Assembly: GCF_008831285.2 (NCBI RefSeq)
Contig: NC_045138.2
Span: forward strand, 39,990,001 to 40,054,000
Source of the DNA: Nymphaea colorata
Lineage: Eukaryota
Reading direction: 5' to 3'
Length of the DNA: 64,000 nt
This document shows positions 44,584 through 56,204 of this stretch, piece by piece. The notes beneath the pieces were generated by a model. That model was not told the origin of the DNA, searched no databases, and was given only the letters and a program-made list of their open reading frames with translations. The translations under genes and the position numbers were made by a program. Within the stretch, counting starts at the first letter, position 1. The number at the start of each line of letters is the position of its first letter.

Positions 44584-45782
44584 ACCTCCACCTAGGACAG
44601 TTTCGATTGATCTAACAAGGATTTGATTTAGGAGATGTTTGATAAATTATTTCAGATTTGAAATTCAAGGATTTAATGTAGATTTGATGCAGCATCTTTT
44701 TTCATGATGTGATAAAAAGTCCTTGATAAAATTAATGATTCATCAAACTAAGGATCTTAGGTTAAACTTAAGAGTCGGGCTTGTTGCCGTTTTGCAGCGA
44801 AAAAAAGTTCAGATTTAAGATCAGAGCGAGGAGGGTCTGATTTTTTTCCAATCTTGATCCGAATTGGATGTTTAACCTGAATTCTTGAAAATATTTGGAT
44901 GTTGGATCTATATTCAATGAGGACGTCCTACTGAGATCAAATGATGCTAGTCACAATTCTCTCCCTCTCTCACATATATGTTTCACTGGTTTCTTACTTG
45001 GTTTCTGCATTAGGAGAGATGCATTTGTTGGCTTTCATGTCATGTTTGGATTTCTATTTCCATTTTCATGTGAAAACATTGACTTCCTTAGCCTCCCACT
45101 CCAATCGGCCTTTTTTCTTCTTCCAGTTACTCTCTCTCTCTCTCTTTGATGAGAAGAAAAAAGAATTGCAAAAAAGTTTAGGTAAATAACAAATCACAGC
45201 TAAACTTTTAAACTTTAGCAATTAAGTTTTGACATAAAATAATGAAAAAATATCTTTAATAAAGAATCACTCCTTCCTTGGCTGCTGTCAACAGATATTT
45301 TTGTTTCAGTAATTTTGTTATTTTATATATAAAAAAAAAAAACTAATTGTGGCTCTTGGAAATTTCTCTGCAGAGCTGAGTGACTACCTGTTAACTTTAA
45401 AAGTTGAACACTGACCTGTTATTTGGCCCAAAAGTTAGTCATCTAGTCATAAATTTTCCTAATAAGATTGAAGAGATTGGTGCTTTTTTCCTTCTTGTTA
45501 GCCTTTTAGGTGGCCTTTAGAGGATTTTTCTCCTTTAATTGTCAAAAGAAAATGGTTGGTAGCCGGGGAATTATAAGAAGCCTTTTCTTGGGTTCAGGTA
45601 ATCTATGGCTTCTAATTCAAAGTGAAACTTTTTTTTTTTTGTTTGCTTACTTTTTGCTCGCCATTCACTCTTAGGTAGAGCAGATCTTCCAATGGTAATT
45701 GCAGGTTCCAAAGTGCTCCGCTCCTTTATTGTCTCCCATGATCTTAAAAGTGGAAAGACGTACAGATTTAGAGAGACTTGAA

Positions 45783-46288
45783 TCGGCTCGACTCGTTAAA
45801 GCTTGGTTCGTGAACGAGTTCGAACCGAGTCATTTGCTTAAACGAGTCGAGGTCGAGTTCATGAGTCGATTCATTCAAATGATCAAGTTGAGTTTCAGCT
45901 CAACACGTAACTACTGAGTTGAGTTCGAGCCTTAATCAAGTTTGTCGAGTCTTAATCAAGTTGATATATTCAAACAAGTTTACAAGTTTGTCTAGCCTTA
46001 ATCGAGTCAAGCTCGAGCTCAACACGTAACGATGAATATCAATTTTATTCAAACGAATTTGTCGAGTCTTAACCGAGTCGAGCTCGAGCTCCACATGCAA
46101 CCATGAATATCAATTCTATTCAAACGAGTTTGTCGAACATTAATCGAATCGAGCACGAGATCAACACATAACTGCCAAGTCGAGCTCGAGCTGCTTCCAT
46201 CGAGCTATTCTCGAACTCAAGGTTTCATTAGTCAAGCCAACCTGGAGCTGATTGAACTTGAGCTCGATTTGGCTCGTGTTCACCCCTA
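45783..46288 (+). mobile_element. Non-autonomous hAT-type element (TCGAGC-rich family), left TIR missing
   Basis: Colinear with the copy at 50047-50462 and has the same right end GTGTTCACCCCTA; internal ~71 bp sub-repeats; flanked by GACTTGAA (45775-45782) and GACTTGAT (46289-46296). Confidence 0.7.
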
Positions 46289-46564
46289 GACTTGATCTTC
46301 AATTTGGACAAACGGACATAGTGTAAGCTTTTTGTGCTTTCAAAATAGCCCTCAAGTTTCAACTTATTATATAAACCCTCCACATTTTTGCTTAATTTTG
46401 CAAGCTAACACCTAAGCCGTCTTGTTTTTGCTAACTGTTAGAGAAACGCTTCTGCGATTATCCAGAACCCCAAAAAAACGTGATGAAAAAAAATACTAGT
46501 AAATATTAAAAAGGAAAATATCTTAATATTGGATTAAAAACCATAAGAAAGGGATGGATTGACT

Positions 46565-46779
46565 CAGGGGCTTAAAAAAGTGGGGGCTCCATAGAGTGTG
46601 TGCCTGAGAGAGAGCTCATTTTATAAAAGCTTAAATTAGTGATTAAACTTAGTTAGATCTGACTCAAGTTATATATGATAGCCTCATAAGACCTGGGTCT
46701 TTGTCGCATGACCAATTGAAAATTTGTTAACTATATCCTTAGTGTCCCATAAGAAAAAAAAAATCTAGCTCTGTCCCTG
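46565..46779. mobile_element. Short hAT-like MITE
   Basis: Ends CAGGGGC ... GTCCCTG; flanking 8-mers GATTGACT / AATTGAAT match 6/8. Confidence 0.45.
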
Positions 46780-47926
46780 AATTGAATTTCCTATAACTCA
46801 AAGATTGAGAAAACTTTTTCTTTTATGTTCTACAAATGATTTTTTTTTTTTTTTTGGTTTCGGAAAAAAAAATGCAGTGATCTTAAATAATGGATCTCTC
46901 CACCACGAATCTCAGATCATTAGATTCAAAGCTATCATACCAAAAATGGGCTGTAAGGGAACAAAATTCCGTGAATAATTGGATAAGATTTTCATGTGCT
47001 TTCACAAAAAAAACTGATTCATTTAAAAAGCTGGATCCAAATCTAAACCAAACTCAATTGTAGGGGATTAGTATGCTGAACCCAACCCATTTCTGGGAGT
47101 CCTTTAATTGGGGCTTTGAACGGTTCCGGCATGGGCTGATGATAGAATTGGAGCACACCACAACCAATTCAACTTAGTCGGTCACTATGTAATCAAATTT
47201 AAATTTGGTCTACAATTTGGATCCGATTTTCAAGTTCTAGCAGTCATATTTCATCAAATCGAATCCTCCCATCAATCAGATATCAAGTTCGGATTTGGAT
47301 AACCAAATTTCTAAAACAAATCTCGGCAAAGAGGATTAATAATTGGATTGTTAATCAAAATCCTGATCAGATCCATTTACTTGCCTATATGGAAGGCACC
47401 TCCCTATAACTAAATTAAGATAAAACTTGTGCAGGATCGTCGCCGCATGTTTGGTTTGTTGTAGACATTCGTAAGAGTGTGATTGATTTCGCGTTATTGT
47501 AAAATATTGTAAAATAAAACGATTAATCATCTCATTAGGTCACATGGGTACTTCAGTAAGGTTCTCATATACATATCACTGTGTGCCAGTAGCCAAAGTG
47601 GATACTTGGAAACACTTGGGTTACTTTGTAAAACAAAACTAATCCAGTTAATTTTACTTAAATTAAGTTTCGATTCTGTTCTTTTAGAGTTATTGTTCAT
47701 TAAATTGTTTATATCACTTGTTTATTTAAGGGGGCGTTTGACGGGCGGGGATTTCTTTGTGGAACCAGAAACATTTTTCTGGTTTTCAAAATATTTCCAG
47801 CGTAACAAACGCAGAAATATTTTTTCGACCGTTCAGGTCGATTCCGAAAACATATTTCCGAAAATATGTTTCCACCGGGTGGGGTGGAAACATATTTTCA
47901 GAATTTTCTTTTGGCCCGTTAGGGCT

Positions 47927-48360
47927 CGCTCGCTCGCGTTCTGCCTCTTCCTTCCTGCCGCGAGTTCCTCACCCAGCCGCTCGCTCGCGTTCTGCCTCTT
48001 CCTTCCTGCCTCGAGTTCCTCACCCAGCCCCTCGCTCACGTTCTGCCTCTTCCTTGTTGCCGCGAGTTCCTCACCCAACTGCAGCCGCTGCTCGCTCACG
48101 TTCTACCCCTTTCTTCCTGCGGCGAGCTCCTCACCCAGCCGCTCGCTCGCGTTCTGCCTCTTCATTCCTGCCGCGAGTTCCTCACCCAGCTGCAGCCGCT
48201 GCTCGCTCACGTTCTGCCCCTTTCTTCCTGCCGCGAGTTCCTCACCCAGCCGCTCGCTCGCGTTCTGCTTCTTCCTTTCTGCCGTGAGTTCCTCACCCAG
48301 CTGCAGCCACTGCTCGCTCACGTTCTGCCCCTTCCTTGCTGCCGCGCGAGTTCCAGCCGC
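47927..48360. repeat. GC-rich minisatellite, ~8 units of 51 or 60 bp
   Basis: Unit CGCTCGCTCGCGTTCTGCCTCTTCCTTCCTGCCGCGAGTTCCTCACCCAGC (51 bp); units 3, 5 and 7 carry an extra 9 bp (TGCAGCCGC-like). Confidence 0.95.
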
Positions 48361-48987
48361 TGCTAACCAAAATGTTGCTTCATTTTGGTTTTCTATGAAA
48401 CTTGGCTTTCATAATTTATGAAAAAAATACGGTTTTGGAACAGCTGATATATGGAAATAATAGATAAAAAATGCATGTGATCTTAGTCAATATCTCTCAT
48501 TTTCAATTCGTTAATGGAGCCGAATAGAGTGGAAACCAGGGCCTGATCGGAGGGCGGGCTCTTGAATTCTGACGCCTACTTTGCTCCTACCTTAAGCTTT
48601 CACTATTCTAACACAAAGCTGCTGAACCACGCTTTGCACTTACTTGGACGCGCTTTCCCATTGCAATTACAAGCAAAGCGAGCCATTAAGTTACCTTATA
48701 CCTGAATTCTAGGTCAAGCTAGCCATTGATGTAAAAAGAACTCCAAGACCGAACGATATTGCTTTGCTCATGGTCGATCTCCATAAAAATCCCACAATCC
48801 CCTCTGCAAGATGATGTCAAATTTTCTGGTTGGTTCTTTTTTAACAAAAACTTGTATTTTTTGCATCACATTTCATACCAAATTTCAAGAAAATAAGTTT
48901 AGTTTCTTGCACTTAATGCTGTTACGGTGTTGTCTTTGAGCTTTGATGTTGCCAGATTGCTAAATATTTGTAATACTTCATTAAATG

Positions 48988-49280
48988 CACCATAAACTGT
49001 CATTACACTTGTAAATTATTGATGATGCTTCCATAACTACCACAGCACTTTTACAATGAGTTTTAAAAGTTTTATGGCCCGGCAATATCTAGCAATCAGC
49101 TGATATTAATATATAGAAGTAATAGCATCAGTTTATGGTGCAAGCAACAAACTATTACTCCTATATATTAAAATCAGCTGATTGCTAGAGCCATAAAACT
49201 TTTAAAACTCGTTGCTAAAAGTGCTGTGGTAGTTATAGAAGCATCATCAATAGTTTACAGCGTAATGACAGTTTATGGTG
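48988..49280. repeat. Long inverted repeat / fold-back element (~130 bp arms, short loop)
   Basis: CACCATAAACTGTCATTAC...AGCAATCAGCTGATATTAATATATAGAAGTAATAG pairs with CTATTACTCCTATATATTAAAATCAGCTGATTGCTAG...GTAATGACAGTTTATGGTG. Confidence 0.9.
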
Positions 49281-50046
49281 ACACACAAACTTTCAATGTC
49301 TTGATAATGATATGAGCTGACATAAAAATAAAGATTTGAATGACTTTTAATGTTTTTAGAAGACTCGGCAACTGAATAAAGGTGGACTCCAAGAAGAAGA
49401 GAGAAAGCAACCAATTAGAGTTCGAAGTATCTCCTAGTTGCAGTTTTCTTTTCTTCATATGTACATTATGTTTGATGAAAAGTCCTTGAAATGTATAAAA
49501 TAGTTCTTGGCACTGCACCATGTGATCGGCCAAATTTTTCGACTTCTGACTTTCTCCTCCCTTAGCGTAGGGGCAGTTGTTCTTTGTTGTTGCAGCATGT
49601 ATTATTATGATTTGAGATTTCTATATGCTTCAATGATTTTAAAATCTTTTTTACAACCAGAACACTAGATTATGTAGTTTCAATTACAACAGACTTTCCA
49701 CTTCCTCACATTTAGCAAACAGTTGTATTAAGACCTCAAATTGTCGATGGTAGTTCTCAAACAAAGCAGGTTTTATATGTTGTGACTCTTAATAAGAGAC
49801 CATGCATCTTGAATTTGAAATGACAAAAATGCCCTTGAAGTCGAAAAAATTTGGATTCTAGATCTGGCCTTTGCACTTTTACGAACCCCCACTTTCGATT
49901 GAGTGGGAGAGATCCACCAGCCGGAAGAGACCAGCTCTACTGAACCTCGTCTCCATTTAGGATACAGGGTTTGCTTTCTGTGTCTTAGGGTGTCGCATCT
50001 ATTACGCTTCAACTTGCACATCAATGAACTCACCTCTGCAAATGGC

Positions 50047-50462
50047 TAGCGGTGAACAACAAGTCGAGCTGCTCAAGCTCGGCCCGTGAACGAGTTTGAG
50101 CCAAGTCATTTGCTTAACGAGTCGAGCTCGAGTTCATAAGTCGACTCGTTCAAATAATCCAGTTGATTTTAATCTCAACACGTAACTACCGAGTCGAGCT
50201 CAAGCCTTAATCGAGTTTGTCGAGCCTTAATCAAGTCGATATATTCAAACGAGTTTACGAGTTTGTCGAGCCTTAATCGAATCGAGCTCCAGCTCAACAC
50301 ATAACGATGAAATATCAATTCTATTCAAATGAGTTTGTCGAGCCTTAATTGAGTCGAGCTCGAGCTGCTTCCGTCGAGCTATTCTTGAACTCGAGGTTTC
50401 ATTAGTCAAGCCGAGTTCCAACTGATTGAATTGGGGCTCGACTCGACTCGTGTTCACCCCTA
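50047..50462 (+). mobile_element. Non-autonomous hAT-type element (MITE) with TIRs and 8 bp TSD
   Basis: TIRs TAGCGGTGAACA ... TGTTCACCCCTA; TSD CAAATGGC (50039-50046) / CAAATAGC (50463-50470), 7/8 match. An 8 bp TSD with TAGGG-type ends is characteristic of hAT elements. Confidence 0.85.
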
Positions 50463-51040
50463 CAAATAGCTCTCCTTTTAAGGTACAGGAGGTTGGTGTC
50501 CTTGACACCTAGCTCAGCTCATGCCATTAAGCGAACCACTTTTATCCCTACTTCAAAATTAGGAAACGTTAGAACAAGTTTTTATGCATACAGGTTTTTT
50601 TTTTTTCAGCTATCGATTCCAGTTGGTAAATTATTAAGCGTTAAGAGGTTGCCTAAAATCTTCTTATTGAAACTGATTTAGAGGTCAGCACATAAAAAAC
50701 GAACTACGATCCGCCTGAAATATGAGATCCAAGTTCCCACTGAAAGTCACGCTACTGTTTAAACAGGTCCAAGTATACGTGATTCTCATTTATCTCAGAT
50801 ATAATCGATCCAAGAATTTGTCGTTTTCATTACCACCAAGAAAAACTGAAAGAGAAACTCCGTCGGTCTGTGCGTCCGCTCTTTGGTGTTGAATAAATAA
50901 ATAAAAGTTAACAGGTGAAGAAGTAAAGAGTCCAATGGTGGGTTGCTACCCAATTTTTCAGAAAGTCGAAGTGGAGCTCTCACGGTCTGAGACAAAACAG
51001 AGGAGATGCTCGTCTCCCACACGGAATCTTATGCGCATAT

Positions 51041-52621
51041 ATGGTGGCAGCCATGAGCCCCATCACCATTCCAAGAATGGCATTCAAGCCGCACCCATCA
51101 TCGACAACACCCAGAAAGCTTCATTCCTCCTCCTCTTCCCCCAACACCTCTCCTTCCTCTTCTTCCTCTTGTTTCTGCAACACCATCATCATCCCCGCCA
51201 CCCTTCTCTTTGCCTTGCTCCTCCTCTTTAGCAGCAGCAGCAGCACAATCCCGCTCAATTTGTCTGCTTCACTTTCCTGCACCACAACCATTTCTAGGGC
51301 CACCAACCCGCCGGCTGCCCGCAACTGGACCGGCGATCTGCGCGACGCCCGCTTCGCCTGGAACAGCCTCTGCTTCGGGCCCCCGAAGGCGAAGCTTCGC
51401 CTCGCCGCCTTCTCCAAGAAATGGCCAGTGGGAGCGGTCCCCGGCGGCATGGAGCGGCACGCCCTCGGCCTGTACACGGCGCTTGCTCGGGCCGGCCACA
51501 CCGTCCACGTCTTCACCGCCTCGCCCGACGCCTCCGGCAGGTTGATCCACCGCGTCTCGGACGGCGGCCTCCACGTCCACTTCGCGTCGAGGGACGGGGG
51601 CTCGCTGGACGACGCCGCGGCCTGGAAGCTCTTCGTCGAGGAGAACGCGTCGCTCCCCTTCGACTTCGTGCACACTGAGAGCGTCACCCTGCACCACTCA
51701 CGGGCCCGCGCCGTGCCGAACCTCGCCGCGACTTGGCACGGCATCGCCTACGAGGCGCTGCACTCGGACCTCTTCCAGGATCTGCTGCGCGAGCCCGGCC
51801 TGCGCCGGCCAGCCCAGTCCGAGGCCCGTCTCCGGGAGATCATCCCGAAGCTTCTGGGAGAGATCAGGTTCTTCGCTTCCTATCAGCACCACATCGGCAT
51901 CAGCGACAGCGTCGGGCAAGTCCTCACCGACATCTACCAGTTGCCCCCGGAGAACGTTCACGTCATACTGAACGGCGTCGACCATGAAAGCTTCTACCAC
52001 GACCCGAAGATCGGAGCAAGATTCAGGGCAGAGTTCGGGGTGCCCCTTAACGCCAGTCTCGTGATGGGGGTGGCCGGAAGGTTGGTCAGGGACAAAGGCC
52101 ACCCGCTGCTCTTCGAGGCCTTCTCAGCCATAAGAAAGCGCCACCCAGACGTCTATTTGCTCGTGGCTGGGTCCGGGCCGTGGGAGGAGCGTTACAGGGA
52201 GCTGGAGCCCAACGTCAAGGTGCTGGGGCCGCTGAAGCCGTCGAGGCTGGCCGAGTTCTACAACGCGCTGGACGTGTTCGTCAACCCGACGCTGAGGCCG
52301 CAGGGGCTGGACCTGACGCTGATGGAAGCCATGCACTGTGGGAAGCCGCTGCTGGCCAGCAATTTCCCGAGCATCACCGGGAGCGTGGTACTGAATGAAG
52401 GGTTTGGGTACACCTTCGCTCCCAATGTGAAGTCGTTGACGGAGGCCATGGAGTCGGCGATTCGGGACGGGCGGGCTGAGCTGGCCGGAAAAGGGATGAC
52501 CTGCAAGGAGTACGCGCTCTCCATGTTCACTGCTCGCAAGATGGCTTCTGCTTATGAGAGGTTCTTCCTTTGCATGAAGGATGTAAAGTATTGCCGCTAT
52601 CCCTTGCCCACTGACTGTTAA
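51041..52621 (+). CDS. Glycosyltransferase family 4 protein, intronless, 526 aa; paralog of 41634-43199
   Basis: Single long ORF with the same motifs (PGGMERHA, TWHGIAYE, GRLVRDKG, PQGLDLTLMEAMHCGKP) and the same C-terminus YCRYPLxTDC. The start could be one of the next in-frame ATGs. Confidence 0.93.
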   Translation: MVAAMSPITIPRMAFKPHPSSTTPRKLHSSSSSPNTSPSSSSSCFCNTIIIPATLLFALLLLFSSSSSTIPLNLSASLSCTTTISRATNPPAARNWTGDLRDARFAWNSLCFGPPKAKLRLAAFSKKWPVGAVPGGMERHALGLYTALARAGHTVHVFTASPDASGRLIHRVSDGGLHVHFASRDGGSLDDAAAWKLFVEENASLPFDFVHTESVTLHHSRARAVPNLAATWHGIAYEALHSDLFQDLLREPGLRRPAQSEARLREIIPKLLGEIRFFASYQHHIGISDSVGQVLTDIYQLPPENVHVILNGVDHESFYHDPKIGARFRAEFGVPLNASLVMGVAGRLVRDKGHPLLFEAFSAIRKRHPDVYLLVAGSGPWEERYRELEPNVKVLGPLKPSRLAEFYNALDVFVNPTLRPQGLDLTLMEAMHCGKPLLASNFPSITGSVVLNEGFGYTFAPNVKSLTEAMESAIRDGRAELAGKGMTCKEYALSMFTARKMASAYERFFLCMKDVKYCRYPLPTDC

Positions 52622-55600
52622 ATTTCTTTCTTTTTTTTTTTTCCTTCCAATTCCTCCATTAACAGCCTCGGATTGGGGTGAATAATTCTAATTTTCACAG
52701 TTCCTTTTTAAAGGATATCCGCTTTTGATCTTGAACCCTTACGATGCAAGATGATGAATACATAGAAAGATCTATTCAAGTGATTCTGATTGAAATGATA
52801 GTAATTTGTTTATTTTTAATCTCTAGGCGCTTGGATTTTCAGCCATTGACTATTTCATAAACAAGAAGGAGGTTTCGACTCAGTTTGTATTGTATAACTA
52901 AACTAGATTAGGCAGAACTGCAGAAGCTTTTGAAACTTTTCGGGAAGCCACGAACTTTTGACCATCTTTAAAGTATGACCTCTCAAATTCAACGCCTGAA
53001 ACGAGTGGGAAAGCTCTGGTTCTAAAGGCTGCCACTTTTTGCTGTTTCCCCTCCTCCACCAGGTAGGTGGGTTGGCGTAAATGGTATCCGACCGTCCACT
53101 AGTTCATCGTCAAGTGGTCATATCATATGGTGGAAACTTTTTGGACCGGAATGTGGTGGTCCGGTGGCAGTGAGCTTCGGTCCGGGGATGGGGCACCAGT
53201 ATTGATACGACATTTTTGCAAAGCGGTACGACAAATATTATATATTTTTAATTTATAATGTTTTTTTAATAAATTCATAAAAAATCTTATAAATAAAAAA
53301 AAACAAAAACAAAACTTTTCAAATTATAATATAATTTTGGCCCAAAACCAGTGTATGGCATACCCTGTGATATAGGTGAGCTTCAAAACCCAAGAAACCA
53401 AGCCATCTTTTCATTTTCTTTCATGTTACTCACAAGGTTTGGTTTCAAAAAAATCATATTTAAATTCAAATCAAAACCCGTTTACAATAGGTCCAGTTGA
53501 GTTGGATTTTCAAAAGGCTGACTCAAACCCGACTCCTACCATTAATGCACAGTAAGAAACCTTCTAAACCGTACCTTTATAGGTTCAAAGGTTCTTATCC
53601 TTCAACTTGAGAGTCCACTGTTTACTGCACAGATAAATAATGGATTAAAATATGGCAGCAATTATGAGATTTTTAACTTTCAAACCTCTTGAGTATGAGC
53701 CACCTTGATATTTTATGCAGTGTAGGTGGTTGAACAAAATAAACTAAAACTTGAGCTATGTTTTTATTATTTCATTCAAAGTACTTGTAAATTTTCATTA
53801 TCAATTTATTCAGATTTAATGCGTCACATATGAAACTGTCCCTCCGAAGTTGGCTTCGCCCAATTCGAACTAATCAGATTTGAACTAATTTTATACCAAA
53901 TCCAAATCCAACAGACCCAATATGGTTATAGGAACGATAATCATATTCAATTAAGGGGAATCCGAATCCTATTTGAGGATTTCTGTACCAAATCCAGCTA
54001 AATGGATTTGAACCGATTCGAACTCTTAGAATGCATAACAAATATCTACAATTGCTTACTACCCTCTAGTAGAAATTGCCTTTCTTGGAAACGTTGACAT
54101 TAAATAAAAGTGATAAGGGCCTTTGCAAACATTTAACCACCATTTGTGGCCGGGTCACGTCGACCTCGTGTCCTTATCTGACATTTGCTATAGTTTCCTG
54201 TCTATCTCAGGAAAATTAGCAATCAAATCTATCTTTCTTCGGCCATCATGAGAACGTACATCAGAAAGATAGCTCCTATCTTTTCTGTTCTTCTTTTAGA
54301 TTTTTTTATTTTAGTGAATATCGAGCAGTCAACTTATTAAATATCATTCACAAAAAAAAAAAGATAAATTAATTAATGACTGTGAGGTGATCAATCAAAA
54401 TATGTTGTATAATTGTGAAAATTTCCCTAGTGAAAGCCTTGAAAAAGAGAAGCAGAGAAAAAAAGATTATGAACCTTTAGAGAACTTATTCCTCCTGCAA
54501 GCTCAACTTTGATTGAGAAAGCGACCAACTCCATGTGGCGGAGAGAACAACACGAAGAAAAGACAAGGGTTCAAACCTTAAGCCCGCAAATATCGAATAA
54601 TTTTGGCATTATCCTGTAACCCTTCTCTACATGTTCAATAATTTGAAAACAAATTTGGCCATAATTCATATGGGTTTTACTCTCAATTGTAAACGATAGT
54701 ATTATGACACTCTATTCGACAGATAGATCATACCTGATCCTGACACTGCCCAAAACCTTGAGGTTAGAGTTAACAGGAGACCTCCAGTTTTCTTTCAGAA
54801 TGGTAATAGGTTGTTAACCTCTTATCAAGAACACCTTGTTTTTGCTGCTAAATGATCTTTTCAGGCAAAGAGAATCTCTGAGGAATCTGATCAAAACTGT
54901 ACACATTAGTTAGAAAGAACGAGCGCGGGATCTGAGAAACAACAGTACAGCTGACATGGGGGTGGAGAAGAGTTACATAAATAGCAACAGGGATGTAAAT
55001 AACTAACGTTCTATGTAATTGCAGTAAGTTACTCTGACTGAAAATTCCTTAAACCCTTTCCGGGAAATTTCGAGATGACAGTCACATAAGTTGGCTGCTC
55101 TGCCTCAACTTTCAGGTGCTTTTAAAAGCAGCAGCGTGACTGACTTTTCTGCTCATCCGTAAATAGCTGCAGTTGCATCTAACAGTACGCAAAAGCATAT
55201 CATTTTTTGCCAAGGTTTTTCTCAGCTCAACGGCAGAAGAATTCGATTGTGTCACGCTTTATAATTTTTTATTGTTTTCCAGATTGTTTACAATTTATTG
55301 TAATAACTGATGTCATTGCTGATGGGTACCCGGTAAAAGATTGGGTTTGTTTTGAGTTGGATCGGATCTGGATCCAAACGAGACCCGCAATCAAATGTCA
55401 AGGAGGAACGCGTCCGAATCTGCAGCTCAGAAAAAAGTGTCGATCCAGATCAGGGGGGTGGGGGGTCTGACCAGCAAAAGCAGCGCCGCCCCAACCGCCT
55501 TCGAGCGAAAAGGGGGATGAGGCAAAAGGCGAAAAACACAAAACTGGAGCCGCATTTTCGGAAAACATCAAGAAACGTGGATGAAAAGGGATATTTTGTG

Positions 55601-56016
55601 AAAAGGAAAACACGGTGAGTAAAAGTGTCATTTTTTTTTAGTACGGTTCCGCATTTTATTCGCTCAAGCTGGAAAGTGGCGGCTCATGAGTGAAATGCCT
55701 ATTTTGCCCTTGTTTGTGGGGCGATTTTGACTTCCAAAGGGGGTAATTTGGAAGGAGTTTTTGGTCGTTTGGATCGGTAGGATGGAGGTCAACGTGGCCG
55801 GTAGAACCATTTTGCCGGCAGGCGATAATTACGAGAAATTATGGGCACCTGAAGGTCATATTTAAAAACAGGGCTGGTGTTTCGAAATTGGTGGCAGCGA
55901 AGCTCCCTTAGGAGAAAAGAGAAAAAAGGGAGGGGCGTGAAGGCGGAAAAAGGGGGAAAGGGGGGGGGGGGGGAGGAGAGGAAGGTCGCGACGGGAGCGA
56001 CCCTCTGCGCCTGCTG

Positions 56017-56030
56017 TAACCCTAACCCTA
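56017..56030 (+). promoter_or_regulatory. Telo-box-like motif in the GTE proximal promoter/5'UTR
   Basis: TAACCCTAACCCTA ~180 bp upstream of the ATG; resembles the AAACCCTA telo-box. Confidence 0.4.
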
Positions 56031-56204
56031 GTTTTATTGTTCTTTCTATCCATCCTCTCTGGGATCCGTCGATCGCTCCGTCGGGATTCAATCGGTCCGT
56101 CCAATCGGCCGCCGGCGTTCGCTCTTTCTTAGTCTTCTTCTTTGTTCGTCGTCGTTGATGACTTCGGTAGCGGGAGATCGCGTCGTGGTTTCCGGCGAGG
56201 GTCG

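Noticed and set aside
47927..48360. CRISPR-like appearance of the repeats
   Set aside because: Units are contiguous with no unique spacers, there are no cas genes, and the DNA is eukaryotic
47606..48421. 271 aa repetitive ORF
   Set aside because: TTG start, and the length comes from a stop-free minisatellite; reported as a repeat instead
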